From: Candidatus Moraniibacteriota bacterium
Lineage (GTDB): Bacteria; Patescibacteriota; Minisyncoccia; Moranbacterales; UBA1568
Direction of reading: 5' to 3'
Assembly (NCBI GenBank): GCA_008012175.1
Contig: SSEF01000020.1
Location: 24,002-88,001, forward strand
Length of the DNA stretch: 64,000 nucleotides
The notes below the pieces were generated by a model, which searched no databases, was not told the DNA's origin, and worked only from the letters and a program-made list of their open reading frames with translations. The position numbers and the translations under genes are program-made. Of the stretch, positions 35,705 through 50,128 are shown piece after piece. Position 1 is the stretch's first letter. Every line of letters begins with the position of its first letter.

Positions 35705-37759
35705 CTACACGTCGAGATTCTTTACGTTCTTCGCATGCGTCTGGATGAAACGGCGGCGCGGCTCGACTTCGTTCCCCATGAGGACATCAAAGAGCCTGTC
35801 AGCCTCCTCCGCATCGTCGATCGACACCTGGAGCATGAGCCGATTGTCCGGATCCATCGTCGTCTCCCAGAGTTGCTCCGGGTTCATTTCGCCGAGACCT
35901 TTGTAGCGCTGGATATTGATGCCGAAGACGTTCTCTCCGCCCTCACTGTTCGCATCGGTATTCTCCGTCCCTTCCGGCGCCTCCTCTTTCGGTTCAACGA
36001 TTTTTTTCTTGGCGGCTTTGGCGCTCTTTGCTGCTTCGGCGGCTGACCGGATCGCCTCAATCACGCGGTCTTTCTCCTCCTCAGTATAGGCATAGCGCAC
36101 ATCCTTCCCCTTCTGGAGCCGATAGAGGGGCGGCTGGGCGATATAGATATAGCCGCCACGGACAAGCTCTTCGAAATAACGGTAGAAGAACGTGAGGAGG
36201 AGCGTGCGGATATGCGAACCGTCGACATCGGCGTCCGCCATGATGATGATCTTGTGGTAACGGAGACGCGAGATATCGAACGTCTCGCCGATGCCGACGC
36301 CGAGCGCGATAATGATCGGCTTCAGCGTATCGGACTTCACGACCTTGTCGATAGTCGTCTTCTCGACATTCACGAGCTTGCCCCGAAGCGGGAGGATCGC
36401 TTGGAATTCGCGGTTCCGGCCCTGCTTGGCAGAGCCGCCGGCCGAGTCTCCTTCTACGATGTACAGCTCGCTCCGGCTCGCATCCTTGCTCGAACAGTCG
36501 GCAAGCTTCCCAGGAAGCGTCATCCCTTCGAGCGCGCCTTTCCGGATGACAGCATCCTTGGCAGCACGTGCCGCGATCCTCGCCCGGACAGTGAGGACAC
36601 ATTTGTCGATGATGGCGCGCGCGTCCGATGGATGCGTCTCGAGGTAATCGGCGAACGCCTCGGCTACGACGGCCTGGACCGCGCCGCGGACTTCGGAATT
36701 GTTCAGTTTGTCCTTGGTCTGGCCTTCGAACTGCGGATTGGCAAGCTTCACCGAAACGACTGCTGTGAGGCCTTCGCGGAGATCCTCAGCAGAAAATGTC
36801 CCTTCTTTCTCCTTGATGAGATTATTCTTCTTCGCGTAGTCGTTCAGGACGCGGGTTAGCGCCATCTTGAAGCCAGTGACATGCGTACCGCCGCCCGGGT
36901 TCACGATATTGTTCGCAAACGAGAACATGTGCTCCTTGAAGCCATCGGTATACTGAAGTGATGCTTCGACATAGATGTTGTCGACCGTTTTCTCGACATA
37001 GAACGGCGTTGCATTCTTCAGCTCTTTGCCCCGGTTCAGGAATTTCACGAAGGAAATGATGCCCGAGTCAAAGTAAAATCCGTGCCGGACAGCAAGGTGT
37101 TCATCAGCTTCGGAGAGCACCTTGCGCCGGTCCTCACAGAGAATCTTTACACCCTTGGTCAGGAAGGCCTGATAGCGCAGGTACTCGAGGATCTTCGTCC
37201 AGCTATAGACGATCTCCGGAAAGATCTCAGGGTCGGCTTGGAACGCGACCGTCGTCCCCGTCCGGTCGGATTTGCCGATCGGCTTCACCGAAGCCTTCGG
37301 CTTGCCCTGCCGGAATTCCTGGAACCAGATCTTCCCTTCCCGATGAACGGTCACCTGAGTGGAAACGGAGAGCGCGTTCACGACCGAAACGCCGACGCCG
37401 TGGAGACCGCCGGAGATCTTGTAGCCGTCGCCGCCGAACTTGCCGCCTGCATGGAGGATAGTGAGCACTGTCTCGAGCGTTGATTTCTTGGTCTGTGGAT
37501 GGATGTCGACCGGGATGCCGCGGCCGTTATCAGTCACTTCGACGAAATTATCCGGCAGGAGGCGGACGACGATATCTGTCGCATAGCCAGCCATCGCCTC
37601 ATCGATCGAGTTGTTCACTACTTCCCAGATGAGATGATGCAAACCCTCAGGCGAGGTACCACCGATATACATACCTGGACGCTTTCGCACGGGATCAAGA
37701 CCTTCCAGGACCTGGATCGATTTAGCGCTGTAGTTGTCTGCTGCTTTCGATTTCGCCAT
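35705..37759 (-). CDS. gyrB: DNA gyrase subunit B
   Basis: 684 aa. GHKL ATPase motifs (LEGLDPVRKRPGMYIGGT, GLHGVG). Toprim motifs (EGDSAGGSAKQGR, the PLRGK-like segment). C-terminal ...KNLDV. Confidence 0.96.
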   Translation of the reverse strand: MAKSKAADNYSAKSIQVLEGLDPVRKRPGMYIGGTSPEGLHHLIWEVVNNSIDEAMAGYATDIVVRLLPDNFVEVTDNGRGIPVDIHPQTKKSTLETVLTILHAGGKFGGDGYKISGGLHGVGVSVVNALSVSTQVTVHREGKIWFQEFRQGKPKASVKPIGKSDRTGTTVAFQADPEIFPEIVYSWTKILEYLRYQAFLTKGVKILCEDRRKVLSEADEHLAVRHGFYFDSGIISFVKFLNRGKELKNATPFYVEKTVDNIYVEASLQYTDGFKEHMFSFANNIVNPGGGTHVTGFKMALTRVLNDYAKKNNLIKEKEGTFSAEDLREGLTAVVSVKLANPQFEGQTKDKLNNSEVRGAVQAVVAEAFADYLETHPSDARAIIDKCVLTVRARIAARAAKDAVIRKGALEGMTLPGKLADCSSKDASRSELYIVEGDSAGGSAKQGRNREFQAILPLRGKLVNVEKTTIDKVVKSDTLKPIIIALGVGIGETFDISRLRYHKIIIMADADVDGSHIRTLLLTFFYRYFEELVRGGYIYIAQPPLYRLQKGKDVRYAYTEEEKDRVIEAIRSAAEAAKSAKAAKKKIVEPKEEAPEGTENTDANSEGGENVFGINIQRYKGLGEMNPEQLWETTMDPDNRLMLQVSIDDAEEADRLFDVLMGNEVEPRRRFIQTHAKNVKNLDV

Positions 37760-37773
37760 ACGAGAGAAAATTG

Positions 37774-38151
37774 CTAGGGACGACTATATTGACGGACAGT
37801 GAATTCGATAAGAAGGATGAGAGCAAGAGCAAGGAGAACAAACCACCAGACGAGATACCCGAAGAATTGAGCGAGAGCGAGGCTCGTTCCCCAGGCGCCA
37901 AGCAGAGCTCCCTGCCGAACAGATCCAATGAGATACCCCTGAAAAGCAGATTGGCTTAGAAAACGCCGGGCGAGCGTAAGAAGAAAGAGCGTCGCTGCCG
38001 ACGTGCTAAGCATCCATAAGGCGACAAAAAAAAGTGTCTGCCCCGCGACCGTCAGCGCCGCTGGATCGACCCCAAAAATGAACACCCCGAGAACACCAAG
38101 AGCTACAAACACAAGGAGGCGGAAGAGTATGACTGCTGTATGGACGCGCAT
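37774..38151 (-). CDS. Hypothetical small membrane protein
   Basis: 125 aa with three or four hydrophobic segments. Confidence 0.4.
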   Translation of the reverse strand: MRVHTAVILFRLLVFVALGVLGVFIFGVDPAALTVAGQTLFFVALWMLSTSAATLFLLTLARRFLSQSAFQGYLIGSVRQGALLGAWGTSLALAQFFGYLVWWFVLLALALILLIEFTVRQYSRP

Positions 38152-38285
38152 CGGGAAAGGTACTTAACTATCACTGCCACTGATCCCAGTATATGGCTTT
38201 TTCTCGGACTTAGCAAGATATAAATTGGCTTATTTAAAGGAAAAATTTGCTTTTTTCCTGATAGTATGGGCAACGTAATTCTGGC

Positions 38286-38855
38286 TTATTTTTCCTCAGC
38301 AGCACGAGACACATACGTGCCCTTTTCAGTATTTACCACAACCCGGTCGCCGGTCTTTATGAAGAGCGGGGTCGTAAGTTGCATCCCAGTTTCGAGTACA
38401 ACCACCTTGTCGCCACCGGAAGCCGTATCACCCTTGATCCCCGGAGGGGCGTCTGCCACGGTGAAAGTCATCTTAATCGGGAGCTCGACATTGAGCGGGC
38501 GCCCATTCCAGTTGAGCATCGTCACCTCCGTCCCGTCGACGAGATAGTCAGCGAGGGAGCCAAGCGTACCCTTATCCAGTACAAACTGGTCATAGTCCTC
38601 CATGTCCATGAAGCTGTATTCATTCCCCTCATGATAGAGGTACTGGGCCTTCGACTTCGTCACTTCGGCTTCATCAACCTTATCCTTGTCCTGGAAGGTA
38701 TAGTCGATGATCGCGCCCGAGAGGAGGTTCTTCAGCTTGGTTCGCATGACCGCGCCACCGCGGCCGAGAAAGCTATGCTGGTACTCAACGACGACATATG
38801 GCTCTTCGTTCCAGAGGATGCGCTTGCCGGTCTTGATTTCAGTAAGGTTCAACAT
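38286..38855 (-). CDS. efp: Elongation factor P
   Basis: 189 aa. KTGKRILWNEEPYVVVEYQHSFLGRGGAVMRTKLKNL is the EF-P N-terminal KOW signature. Confidence 0.92.
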   Translation of the reverse strand: MLNLTEIKTGKRILWNEEPYVVVEYQHSFLGRGGAVMRTKLKNLLSGAIIDYTFQDKDKVDEAEVTKSKAQYLYHEGNEYSFMDMEDYDQFVLDKGTLGSLADYLVDGTEVTMLNWNGRPLNVELPIKMTFTVADAPPGIKGDTASGGDKVVVLETGMQLTTPLFIKTGDRVVVNTEKGTYVSRAAEEK

Positions 38856-38973
38856 ATGAAGTGTAGGACAAGAAATTTTTTCGTTTTAGACGAAATGTGA
38901 GACGCAACCGAAAGCTCCAGGAAAGGATGGAAGCGATAGCAAAACAGTCACTACAGGCAGAAACGAGTAAGGT

Positions 38974-39174
38974 TTACTTCACGACGTATGGAATGAGGGC
39001 CATGAAACGGGCGCGCTTGATTGCTAACGTGAGGTTGCGCTGTTCGGTCGCTGTCAGTCCGAAACGCTTCGGCGGATAAATCTTCCCCTGGGAGTTGAGG
39101 AAGCGACGGAGAAAATAGGCATCCTTGTAGTCCAGGCGGCCGAGCTTCTTCCGTGAGTCTTGATCGAGGGTCAT
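38974..39174 (-). CDS. rpsR: 30S ribosomal protein S18
   Basis: 66 aa. LDYKDAYFLRRFLNSQGKI...LTAIKRARFMALIPY is the S18 signature. Confidence 0.88.
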   Translation of the reverse strand: MTLDQDSRKKLGRLDYKDAYFLRRFLNSQGKIYPPKRFGLTATEQRNLTLAIKRARFMALIPYVVK

Positions 39175-39202
39175 AATAGATAGTCAGTAATTAACGGTAT
39201 AT

Positions 39203-39712
39203 TTAGAACGGAACGTCTTCGATTTTGATCTCTTTCTCGTCATCGAGATTGATCGTCGGAATCTCTTCTTCTTGGACTGGAGCAGCGTTCCGATTTGCAG
39301 CCATGGTGTTCGACGGGGTACGCGGTGCAACCGATCCGGAAGGCGATCCGCCCGCCCGGGAGCCGAGCTGCATGTTCTCGCCGACGACTTCCGTCACGCG
39401 GCGCTGAGAGCCATCCTTAGCTGTATACTCACGGGTCTGGAGCCGTCCCTCTATGAAGAGCTCCTGGCCCTTGGTAAGATATTGCCCAGCAATCTCCGCT
39501 TGGCGACCCCAGAGAATTACCGTGTGGAATTCTGTCTTTTCCTGCTTTTGGCCACTCTTATCGGTCCAGAAATTATTCGTTGCCATCCCGATAGTCGCGA
39601 CACTCTGTCCGGTTGGAGTTGTCCGAATCTCCGGGTCCCGGGTAAGACGGCCGACGAGGATGACTTTGTTCACATTCATAGCCTTGTTGCTAAAATTATG
39701 GTTTGCGTTCAA
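39203..39712 (-). CDS. ssb: Single-stranded DNA-binding protein (the likely start is Met12 at 39679)
   Basis: MNVNKVILVGRLTRDPEIRTTPTGQSVATIGMATN OB-fold, and a C-terminal acidic tail ending ...DDEKEIKIEDVPF. Confidence 0.9.
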   Translation of the reverse strand: MNANHNFSNKAMNVNKVILVGRLTRDPEIRTTPTGQSVATIGMATNNFWTDKSGQKQEKTEFHTVILWGRQAEIAGQYLTKGQELFIEGRLQTREYTAKDGSQRRVTEVVGENMQLGSRAGGSPSGSVAPRTPSNTMAANRNAAPVQEEEIPTINLDDEKEIKIEDVPF

Positions 39713-39730
39713 AATCCCACACGATAGAGA

Positions 39731-40258
39731 TCAGATATCGAGCTTCTCCTTCAGCTGGGCATCGATCTCCTCCTTGCTTGCATCTTTAGCTGGAGCTACC
39801 GGAGCAGGCATGGCGGCTGTACGACCCTCGCTGAACGGGGTAGCCGAACGCTCGCGACGGAAGCCACCGCGGGAGCGCGGATCCTTCTTTACATATTCGG
39901 TGCGCTCGATAGGCTTCAGCTCTGGAAGATCATCTGCTCGGAGGATGAGCGTGCGCAGCACCGTCTTCGAGAGGGAAAACTTTCGGTTGAGCCGAGTAAT
40001 CGCGTCCCCCTTCGCCATCTCAGCTTCAAACTCTGCTGCCGAGAGCTCGCCCTTATCCGGCAAAGTGAAGCGACGGGCAATATAGATGCCCCGCATCTCA
40101 CCTTCGACCTCGTAGGCAAGCTTACGCTTGTCCTGAGTCTCAGGCGCCAAGAATTCAGCTCCTTCCTCACGGCAGATTCCTTCAACTTCGGCCCGAATCT
40201 GATCAAGCATCGGCTCCTTACTCTCCCCGACCAGGTAAAACAGTTCGTATTCACGCAT
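39731..40258 (-). CDS. rpsF: 30S ribosomal protein S6 with a C-terminal extension (the ORF extends to 40291)
   Basis: MREYELFYLV...RKLAYEVEGEMRGIYIARRF. It is first in the conserved rpsF-ssb-rpsR operon order. Confidence 0.85.
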   Translation of the reverse strand: MREYELFYLVGESKEPMLDQIRAEVEGICREEGAEFLAPETQDKRKLAYEVEGEMRGIYIARRFTLPDKGELSAAEFEAEMAKGDAITRLNRKFSLSKTVLRTLILRADDLPELKPIERTEYVKKDPRSRGGFRRERSATPFSEGRTAAMPAPVAPAKDASKEEIDAQLKEKLDI

Positions 40259-40456
40259 ATACCCTAAATCTCTTAGCGGTTTAGAAAACAAAATCCCACA
40301 AACAATTCCGAAAGTCGTGGGACAGGCAGGTTCCTATCTCGAACGAACGTTCAAGCGGGAGCCCTTGGACTTTCTGAGTTGTTTTAGGAGGATACCAGAA
40401 CGAGATGCCTTTGGCAAGAGGAACGCTCCAGGAGCACTCAGCCCGATCGAGAGCAA

Positions 40457-41734
40457 TCAGTTGAAGAGCTTCTTATAGTTCTTTGACCAATAGACAATGC
40501 CATTATAGTAATGAGCATTGAAGGCTCCTAGATAGTTAATCGATGCCTTTCGGATGGTTGCCTCCTTGTCCGATGTCGCCCCAGCTTTGCGGAGCTTGAT
40601 AGCCATAGCCATAACGCCATCGGTCAGGCTCCACGGATCAGGATTCTTGTGTCCGGTCTTGGAACGAATCTCGGACTCATAGCCACGCCAGACATCCGAC
40701 ATGAACTGCGCCACGCCCATTGCGCCGCCCTGTCCGATATAATTTGGCGAGCAGGAAACCTTCTTCGACTTGTTATACCCGAGCGCATCGACGATATCGT
40801 AGAAAATTTCCTTGCGCTTGTAGAGAAGGTTGATGGATGCCTTGTACTTGCTCCCATACTTCTTATACCGAGCAATCGACACCTTCTCCACCTCGGCATA
40901 AGTACACTGACCAGTATTCGCTCCGAGATTCGTCTCCATCTTGAGGAAGCCGTAGAGAACACCTTCGGGAACGCCGGTCTCATCACTCGCATCCTCGACC
41001 GCCTCGCGGATATCCTTGGCGTTATAGGATTTCCCCGTCAAGGTTGCCAAGTCACCCTGGAGTTCGGCTAGTTCTTTCTTGAGACGAGCGACTGTCTTAG
41101 CGACGTCTTCGACATCCTCAAGCGTCTCTTGCTGATCAGAGACCAACACGTTTTTCTCAATCGACTTCTTCTGAAGCAATGCCTCATGATCCTTCTTTGC
41201 ATCCTCAAGCGAAAGCTTTTGGGATTCCGTGTCCGCTTTAGTCAGAGCCAAGGCGGTAAGTGCGGATGAGATTTTTTCCCCAACCGTGAGTAGTCTGTCA
41301 GGGTCATTCACAACATCCGTAAACTGCTCCTCGGCAATAAGTATGCGCGGAAGCGGCCATTCTCCTTGGTAATATAGTTCGCGCATAAGCCCGGCGATAA
41401 CGCCCTTCTTCCCTTCGATCTGCTCTTCCAGAAGTGCGACTTCAGCCTCTTTTCGCTCGATAGTATTGGCAGCTTGACTAATCCTGATCTGCGTTTCAGC
41501 GATCGCTCGCTGCGTCGAGGAGAGCGAGGCGTTGATGCCGGCAAGCTCCGCCTCGAGCGCCTTTTTCTTCGCTTCAGCCGCCTTCAGCTTCTTTTCAACA
41601 TCAGAGATATCGTCCTTGATTTCATCAGCATCATCTTCGGCTGAAACCGGTAGGGTCGTAAGAAAAATCCCGCTCGCTACGAGAAAAGAGAAAAGGAAGG
41701 AAGCTGATCGAAGCTTGTTTATTTTTGTACCCAT
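40457..41734 (-). CDS. Secreted coiled-coil protein with a C-terminal lytic-transglycosylase-like (SLT) domain
   Basis: 425 aa. Signal peptide, a long coiled-coil region, and C-terminal GQGGAMGVAQFMSDVW resembling the SLT AMG(L/V)MQ motif. Confidence 0.55.
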   Translation of the reverse strand: MGTKINKLRSASFLFSFLVASGIFLTTLPVSAEDDADEIKDDISDVEKKLKAAEAKKKALEAELAGINASLSSTQRAIAETQIRISQAANTIERKEAEVALLEEQIEGKKGVIAGLMRELYYQGEWPLPRILIAEEQFTDVVNDPDRLLTVGEKISSALTALALTKADTESQKLSLEDAKKDHEALLQKKSIEKNVLVSDQQETLEDVEDVAKTVARLKKELAELQGDLATLTGKSYNAKDIREAVEDASDETGVPEGVLYGFLKMETNLGANTGQCTYAEVEKVSIARYKKYGSKYKASINLLYKRKEIFYDIVDALGYNKSKKVSCSPNYIGQGGAMGVAQFMSDVWRGYESEIRSKTGHKNPDPWSLTDGVMAMAIKLRKAGATSDKEATIRKASINYLGAFNAHYYNGIVYWSKNYKKLFN

Positions 41735-41790
41735 TTTCCTATTATACCCTATGAAAAAAGCGGCTCTAGAGAGCCTCTTTTTCCGATTTT

Positions 41791-42813
41791 CTATTTGGCT
41801 GTCTCAGCCTCAAGCTCCTTGACTCGCTTCCAGACAGCTTTTTCAATCTCCTTCGCCAACTTTGGATTCTCCCGGAGAAAAGTCCGCGCCTGCTCCCGGC
41901 CGACACCGAGTTTCACCTCGCCGTAGAGGTGGCTGTTCCCTTGCTTCCTGATAACCTCGTACTTCAGACCGGTATCAAGTACGTCATCGCTCCAGGAAAT
42001 ACCTTCGTTATACATGATGAAGAACGACGTTGTTCGGAATGGTGGCGCGACCTTGTTCTTCACCACTTTCACGTTCACCTGATTACCGACGACTTCCTCA
42101 CCCTTTTTCACCTGAGCGCTCTTCCGGACCTCGACGCGGACCGAGGAGTAAAACTTCAGCGCATTGCCGCCAGTTGTTGTCTCTGGATTGCCGAACATGA
42201 CTCCGATCTTCATGCGCAGCTGATTGATAAAAATCACGACAACGTTGGAGCGGGCGATGATAGCCGTCAGCTTCCGGAGCGCCTGGCTCATGAGTCGCGC
42301 TTGACGACCGACATGCTGATCACCCATCTCACCTTCGATTTCCGCCCGTGGAACAAGCGCCGCGACCGAGTCGATGACGATGACATCGACCGCATTCGAT
42401 CGGACAAGCGTCTCGACGATATCGAGCGCCTGTTCGCCGGAATCCGGCTGCGAAATAAGAAGGTTATTTACATTCACACCGATGCGCTTCGCGTACTCGG
42501 GATCAAGCGCATGCTCCGCATCGATAAAAGCCGCGACGCCACCGGCTTTCTGGGCATTCGCGATCGTATGAAGTGTCAAAGTCGTCTTGCCTGATGACTC
42601 TGGCCCGTATACTTCGACAATACGGCCGCGCGGCATTCCACCGATACCGAGTGCGATATCGAGAGAGAGCGAACCTGTCGGAATCGCCTCGACATCCACC
42701 TTCCGGACATCGCCAAGCTTCATGATCATCCCTTCGCCAAACTTACCCTTAATCTCATCGACAACTGCATCGATGTTTTTCCGCTCCTTCCCAACTGTTT
42801 TTTCCTTTGGCAT
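41791..42813 (-). CDS. recA: Recombinase RecA
   Basis: 340 aa. Walker [10 protein letters not shown], and the loop L1/L2 regions. Confidence 0.97.
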   Translation of the reverse strand: MPKEKTVGKERKNIDAVVDEIKGKFGEGMIMKLGDVRKVDVEAIPTGSLSLDIALGIGGMPRGRIVEVYGPESSGKTTLTLHTIANAQKAGGVAAFIDAEHALDPEYAKRIGVNVNNLLISQPDSGEQALDIVETLVRSNAVDVIVIDSVAALVPRAEIEGEMGDQHVGRQARLMSQALRKLTAIIARSNVVVIFINQLRMKIGVMFGNPETTTGGNALKFYSSVRVEVRKSAQVKKGEEVVGNQVNVKVVKNKVAPPFRTTSFFIMYNEGISWSDDVLDTGLKYEVIRKQGNSHLYGEVKLGVGREQARTFLRENPKLAKEIEKAVWKRVKELEAETAK

Positions 42814-42825
42814 ATACTGTCTTGA

Positions 42826-43824
42826 TTATGGATTAGTACTGACTGGATCAGGGGTCTTGGTATTTATTCCTCTTCCCAGATATGTTTTTCCGCTTACAGC
42901 GATAGCCTGTTCGCCGACGCGCTCCGGTGGGCCACCGTCGAGAATGACCTCTGTCTCCCTGCCATTATCCGTCGTAAGCTGGATGGCGGCGACAAGCCCA
43001 GAGAAACGCTCTTCCTTCCCGGGAGAAAGGGTCCCGCTATAGAGCACTTCCTCACCGCTCATGATAGTAACGCTAATAGGCTTTGAAAGCGCCCGGACAG
43101 CGATATCGAACCCTGACGAATCAGGAGAAGCTGCCACCGAATTAAAAACGACTCGGCTCTCAATAGTCACGATCTCCTCTCTAGTCTTTTCAAAACGATT
43201 GGTTGCGCGGACAGCGATACGATTCAACCCCTGCTGCAAGGTGAGCTCTTCGGAAAATTTTCCGTCCGCTGTAACATAGACCGGCTCGCCGTTAGCCGTC
43301 ACCATGGCTCCCGGATCGGTTTGCCCATGAAGCTCCACCATCGATCCGTCAACTATTGCCCCAGGCAACGGACCGGCAATTGAAAGCCTCGGCTCTGCGA
43401 CAAAACTCCGAAACTCTGAGAAGAGATAAAAAAACGTCCCGCCAAGCACCATCATGAGCAGCACGATCAACACTGTTCGCGGCGTGATAATCCAGGCATT
43501 CATCGTCGGATAACGAACAGGATTCTGCACGGCGGACTCCTGGCCAAGATTTTCCCGTATATCTTTTTCCTTGTCGTAAAGCTTCAAGAAAGCATCATCA
43601 TTCAGCCCAAGATGCCGGGCATAGCTCTTGAGGAAGCCACGTACGTACACTTCGGCAGGGAGCTTCTCATATTCTCCATTCTCCAGAGACTCCAAATACT
43701 TCGCCTGAATTCGGGTCGCCTTCGCTATTTCGGCATAGCTCATTCGATACTGTTGCCGGAGTTTTTTGAGCTTCTCTCCCAGAGTCAGTGATTCGACTTT
43801 CTTTCGGACAAATCCATCGGTCAT
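42826..43824 (-). CDS. rodZ: RodZ-like cytoskeleton protein (HTH-XRE, TM and a DUF4115-like C-terminal domain). The ORF extends to 43989.
   Basis: HTH LTLGEKLKKLRQQYRMSYAEIAKATRIQAKYLESLENGEY, a single TM helix, and a C-terminal beta-rich domain. Confidence 0.62.
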   Translation of the reverse strand: MTDGFVRKKVESLTLGEKLKKLRQQYRMSYAEIAKATRIQAKYLESLENGEYEKLPAEVYVRGFLKSYARHLGLNDDAFLKLYDKEKDIRENLGQESAVQNPVRYPTMNAWIITPRTVLIVLLMMVLGGTFFYLFSEFRSFVAEPRLSIAGPLPGAIVDGSMVELHGQTDPGAMVTANGEPVYVTADGKFSEELTLQQGLNRIAVRATNRFEKTREEIVTIESRVVFNSVAASPDSSGFDIAVRALSKPISVTIMSGEEVLYSGTLSPGKEERFSGLVAAIQLTTDNGRETEVILDGGPPERVGEQAIAVSGKTYLGRGINTKTPDPVSTNP

Positions 43825-43918
43825 ATGTCCTACTATATCAAATCCCTCAAAAGACCGAAAGAAAAAACGGCTACCAGTCCGTTTCTTCCCCTCTCCTTCA
43901 AAAGGATAGAAAAAAGGC

Positions 43919-46324
43919 TTATATCTGCCATTTTTCACGAGCAGATTGGTCGGCGATCGGGTCATCACCGTACTGCTTCCCCTCTTCAAGAGTCTTCACG
44001 AGCACTTCGCGCTTTTTGTTCACTTCTGGACCGACCACGCCGCGCTGCTCGAGCGTCTGCATGACACGAGCCGCTTTCGGATAGCCGATCTTGAGGAAAG
44101 TCTGCAGATATGTTGTAGACGCCCGCTGTGTCTCGACAACCAGCTTCTTGGCCGCCTGATAGATCGGGTCATGCTCGTCCTCATCACTCGTTCCCGTGTT
44201 TTCGAGATCGATCGGATGTTCGTCACTACCTCCGAAATCCTCGCCGATCTCATCCAGCCCCTTGTCAATCTTCTGTTGTTCGAGAAAATGCACGACCTTT
44301 TTCACCTCGTCCTCAGAGACGAAGACACCTTGGATCCTCTGCAGCGTAGAAGCTTCAGCCGAAGAGTACAGCATATCACCATTCCCAAGGAGCTTTTCGG
44401 CGCCACCCGTATCGAGAATGGTTCGCGAATCAATCTGGGACTTGAGCTGGAAAGAAATACGCGCCGGCATGTTCGCCTTGATGAGTCCAGTGATGACATT
44501 GACTTCCGGTCGCTGAGTTGCCAGGACGAGATGGATCCCGACGGCCCGTGCCATCTGGGCGATCCGGATAATCGTCGCCTCGACTTCCTTTCCGTGCGCC
44601 ACCATAAGGTCAGCCATCTCATCGATCACGATGACGATCTGAGGCATCGGTGCCAAGCTCTCCTCTCGGACTTCACCTGTTTCCGAGTCAACAACTCGCC
44701 GCTTCTCTCCGCGAAGAAGCTTTTCTCGGTATGAAGAGAGGTCGCGCGAGCCGACCGTTTCCAGGATCTTATAGCGACGTTCCATCTCCGCCACAGCCCA
44801 ACGGAGCGCGCCAACAACTTTGTTGTTATCAACAATGACATCTGTCTTGAGATGCGGAATACCCTTGTACAATGAGAGTTCGACACGCTTCGGATCAACA
44901 AAAATAAATTTCAGATCTTCGGGTGAATTCTGATAGAGGAGCGAGAGGATAAGCGTGTTGATACAGACGCTCTTGCCAGACCGAGTCGTGCCAGCGATAA
45001 GCAGGTGCGGCATCCGACCGAGATCCGCGTAAATGTATTTTCCTGAAACATCCTGTCCAAGCACCACAGTCAGGCTCGACTTGCGCTCGCGGAACTCTTT
45101 TGACTGCAGAAGTTCCCGGAGACGGACATTTACCTTCGCCTTATTCGGCACTTCAATACCAATGAGCGATTTTCCTGGAATTGGAGCCTCGATCCGAATA
45201 TGATGGGCAGCGAGGGCAAGAGCAAGATCATTATGAAGAGTCGTAATGCTCGCAACCTTTACACCTACGGCTGGGCGAAAAGTATACTGCGTCACGGTTG
45301 GGCCAACGAAAACCTCTCCTGGCTCAACATCAATATGAAAATGCTTCAGTGTCCGGATAATGATATCCTTGTTCTGCTCGATATCACCCCCTCCGCCTTT
45401 CGCATCTGAAGCAGATAAGAGCTCGAGCGGGGGGAATTCCCATTGAATACGACGGCGCTTGGGACGAATAAAGGCCGGGACGAGGACAGTCTCATCTTCG
45501 CTTTTCATTTCTGGAACGCCTTCCTGCGCCCCAAGTTCGGCATCTTGTTCGCTTTCAGCAAATCGAATATTTTGAACGTTCATTGGTAACGGGGCTGACT
45601 CTGTAGCTTTCTCAACCGGAACATTGTCTACATCCAAAACCTTGGCTACCGGCATCGGTGACTCAACAGTCGGTTCGAGCGCATTTTCGAGCGAAAGGGC
45701 CGCATCCGGAGAGGTGAGATTTTCTGTTCCAGGGTAGCGCTTCTCTTCTTTTACCTGCGAGTTATTTTCTCCGAAACGCGCCGTTGCCCTTTCAAACCAG
45801 TGGAGAAGGGACACGTTGAAAGCCGCGATTACGCCGGAAACGAATAGGGTGAAGAGAACGACAAACGCCGCAATCTTTCCCATACCGCCCGATAAGAGAC
45901 TTGAGAGAAGATACCCTATATATCCGCCCCCTTCACGTGCGGCTGCCACGGCCTCGAGCTCCTTGGCCGTATCACCGAGGAAAAGGTGCGATAGCCCCAG
46001 GAAAGCAAGGAAGGCGAGCCCGAGACCAGTGTATTTTATAATGTCCGAGAGGCTTGTCTCATGTCGGCGGATAATGAAATAACCAACGAGCGGAAGCAAG
46101 GGGAGGAGAAGCCATTTGCTCCATCCAACAGATAGGCCGATACCTCTGTCAAGCAACTGGCCGAAAGATCCAGCCTGATCGATGAACGAGAGTAGGCAAA
46201 GGATGGAAAAGGCGACGAGAAAAACAGCGACGATGCCCCGCTTAGCATCACCTCCGAGCACTTCTTTCCTTTTCTCTCTCTGCGAATCTAAGTCCGCGCC
46301 GTCATTTTTCTTTTTTCTTCCCAT
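43919..46324 (-). CDS. ftsK: DNA translocase FtsK/SpoIIIE
   Basis: 801 aa. N-terminal TM helices, Walker A GTTRSGKS, and a C-terminal gamma winged-helix domain. Confidence 0.9.
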   Translation of the reverse strand: MGRKKKNDGADLDSQREKRKEVLGGDAKRGIVAVFLVAFSILCLLSFIDQAGSFGQLLDRGIGLSVGWSKWLLLPLLPLVGYFIIRRHETSLSDIIKYTGLGLAFLAFLGLSHLFLGDTAKELEAVAAAREGGGYIGYLLSSLLSGGMGKIAAFVVLFTLFVSGVIAAFNVSLLHWFERATARFGENNSQVKEEKRYPGTENLTSPDAALSLENALEPTVESPMPVAKVLDVDNVPVEKATESAPLPMNVQNIRFAESEQDAELGAQEGVPEMKSEDETVLVPAFIRPKRRRIQWEFPPLELLSASDAKGGGGDIEQNKDIIIRTLKHFHIDVEPGEVFVGPTVTQYTFRPAVGVKVASITTLHNDLALALAAHHIRIEAPIPGKSLIGIEVPNKAKVNVRLRELLQSKEFRERKSSLTVVLGQDVSGKYIYADLGRMPHLLIAGTTRSGKSVCINTLILSLLYQNSPEDLKFIFVDPKRVELSLYKGIPHLKTDVIVDNNKVVGALRWAVAEMERRYKILETVGSRDLSSYREKLLRGEKRRVVDSETGEVREESLAPMPQIVIVIDEMADLMVAHGKEVEATIIRIAQMARAVGIHLVLATQRPEVNVITGLIKANMPARISFQLKSQIDSRTILDTGGAEKLLGNGDMLYSSAEASTLQRIQGVFVSEDEVKKVVHFLEQQKIDKGLDEIGEDFGGSDEHPIDLENTGTSDEDEHDPIYQAAKKLVVETQRASTTYLQTFLKIGYPKAARVMQTLEQRGVVGPEVNKKREVLVKTLEEGKQYGDDPIADQSAREKWQI

Positions 46325-46521
46325 AGAATACCCATAGTATAGCAGTCTCGTGACAACCGAATCAAAGCCGACCAGACATCATGAGCACTATCAGACACAA
46401 AAGACAAAGAGGGGCGGTTCACCCGCCCCTCTTTTTCCACCAGTTTCACCCGTCTAGTGTAGCACAAAAACACCCCTCTTTCAAGGGGTGTTTTCTGTCG
46501 ATGCGCGATTTTTTGAAGCAG

Positions 46522-50106
<3,585 letters not shown>

Positions 50107-50128
50107 ATGTGTGGAGTAAGTGAGCGAA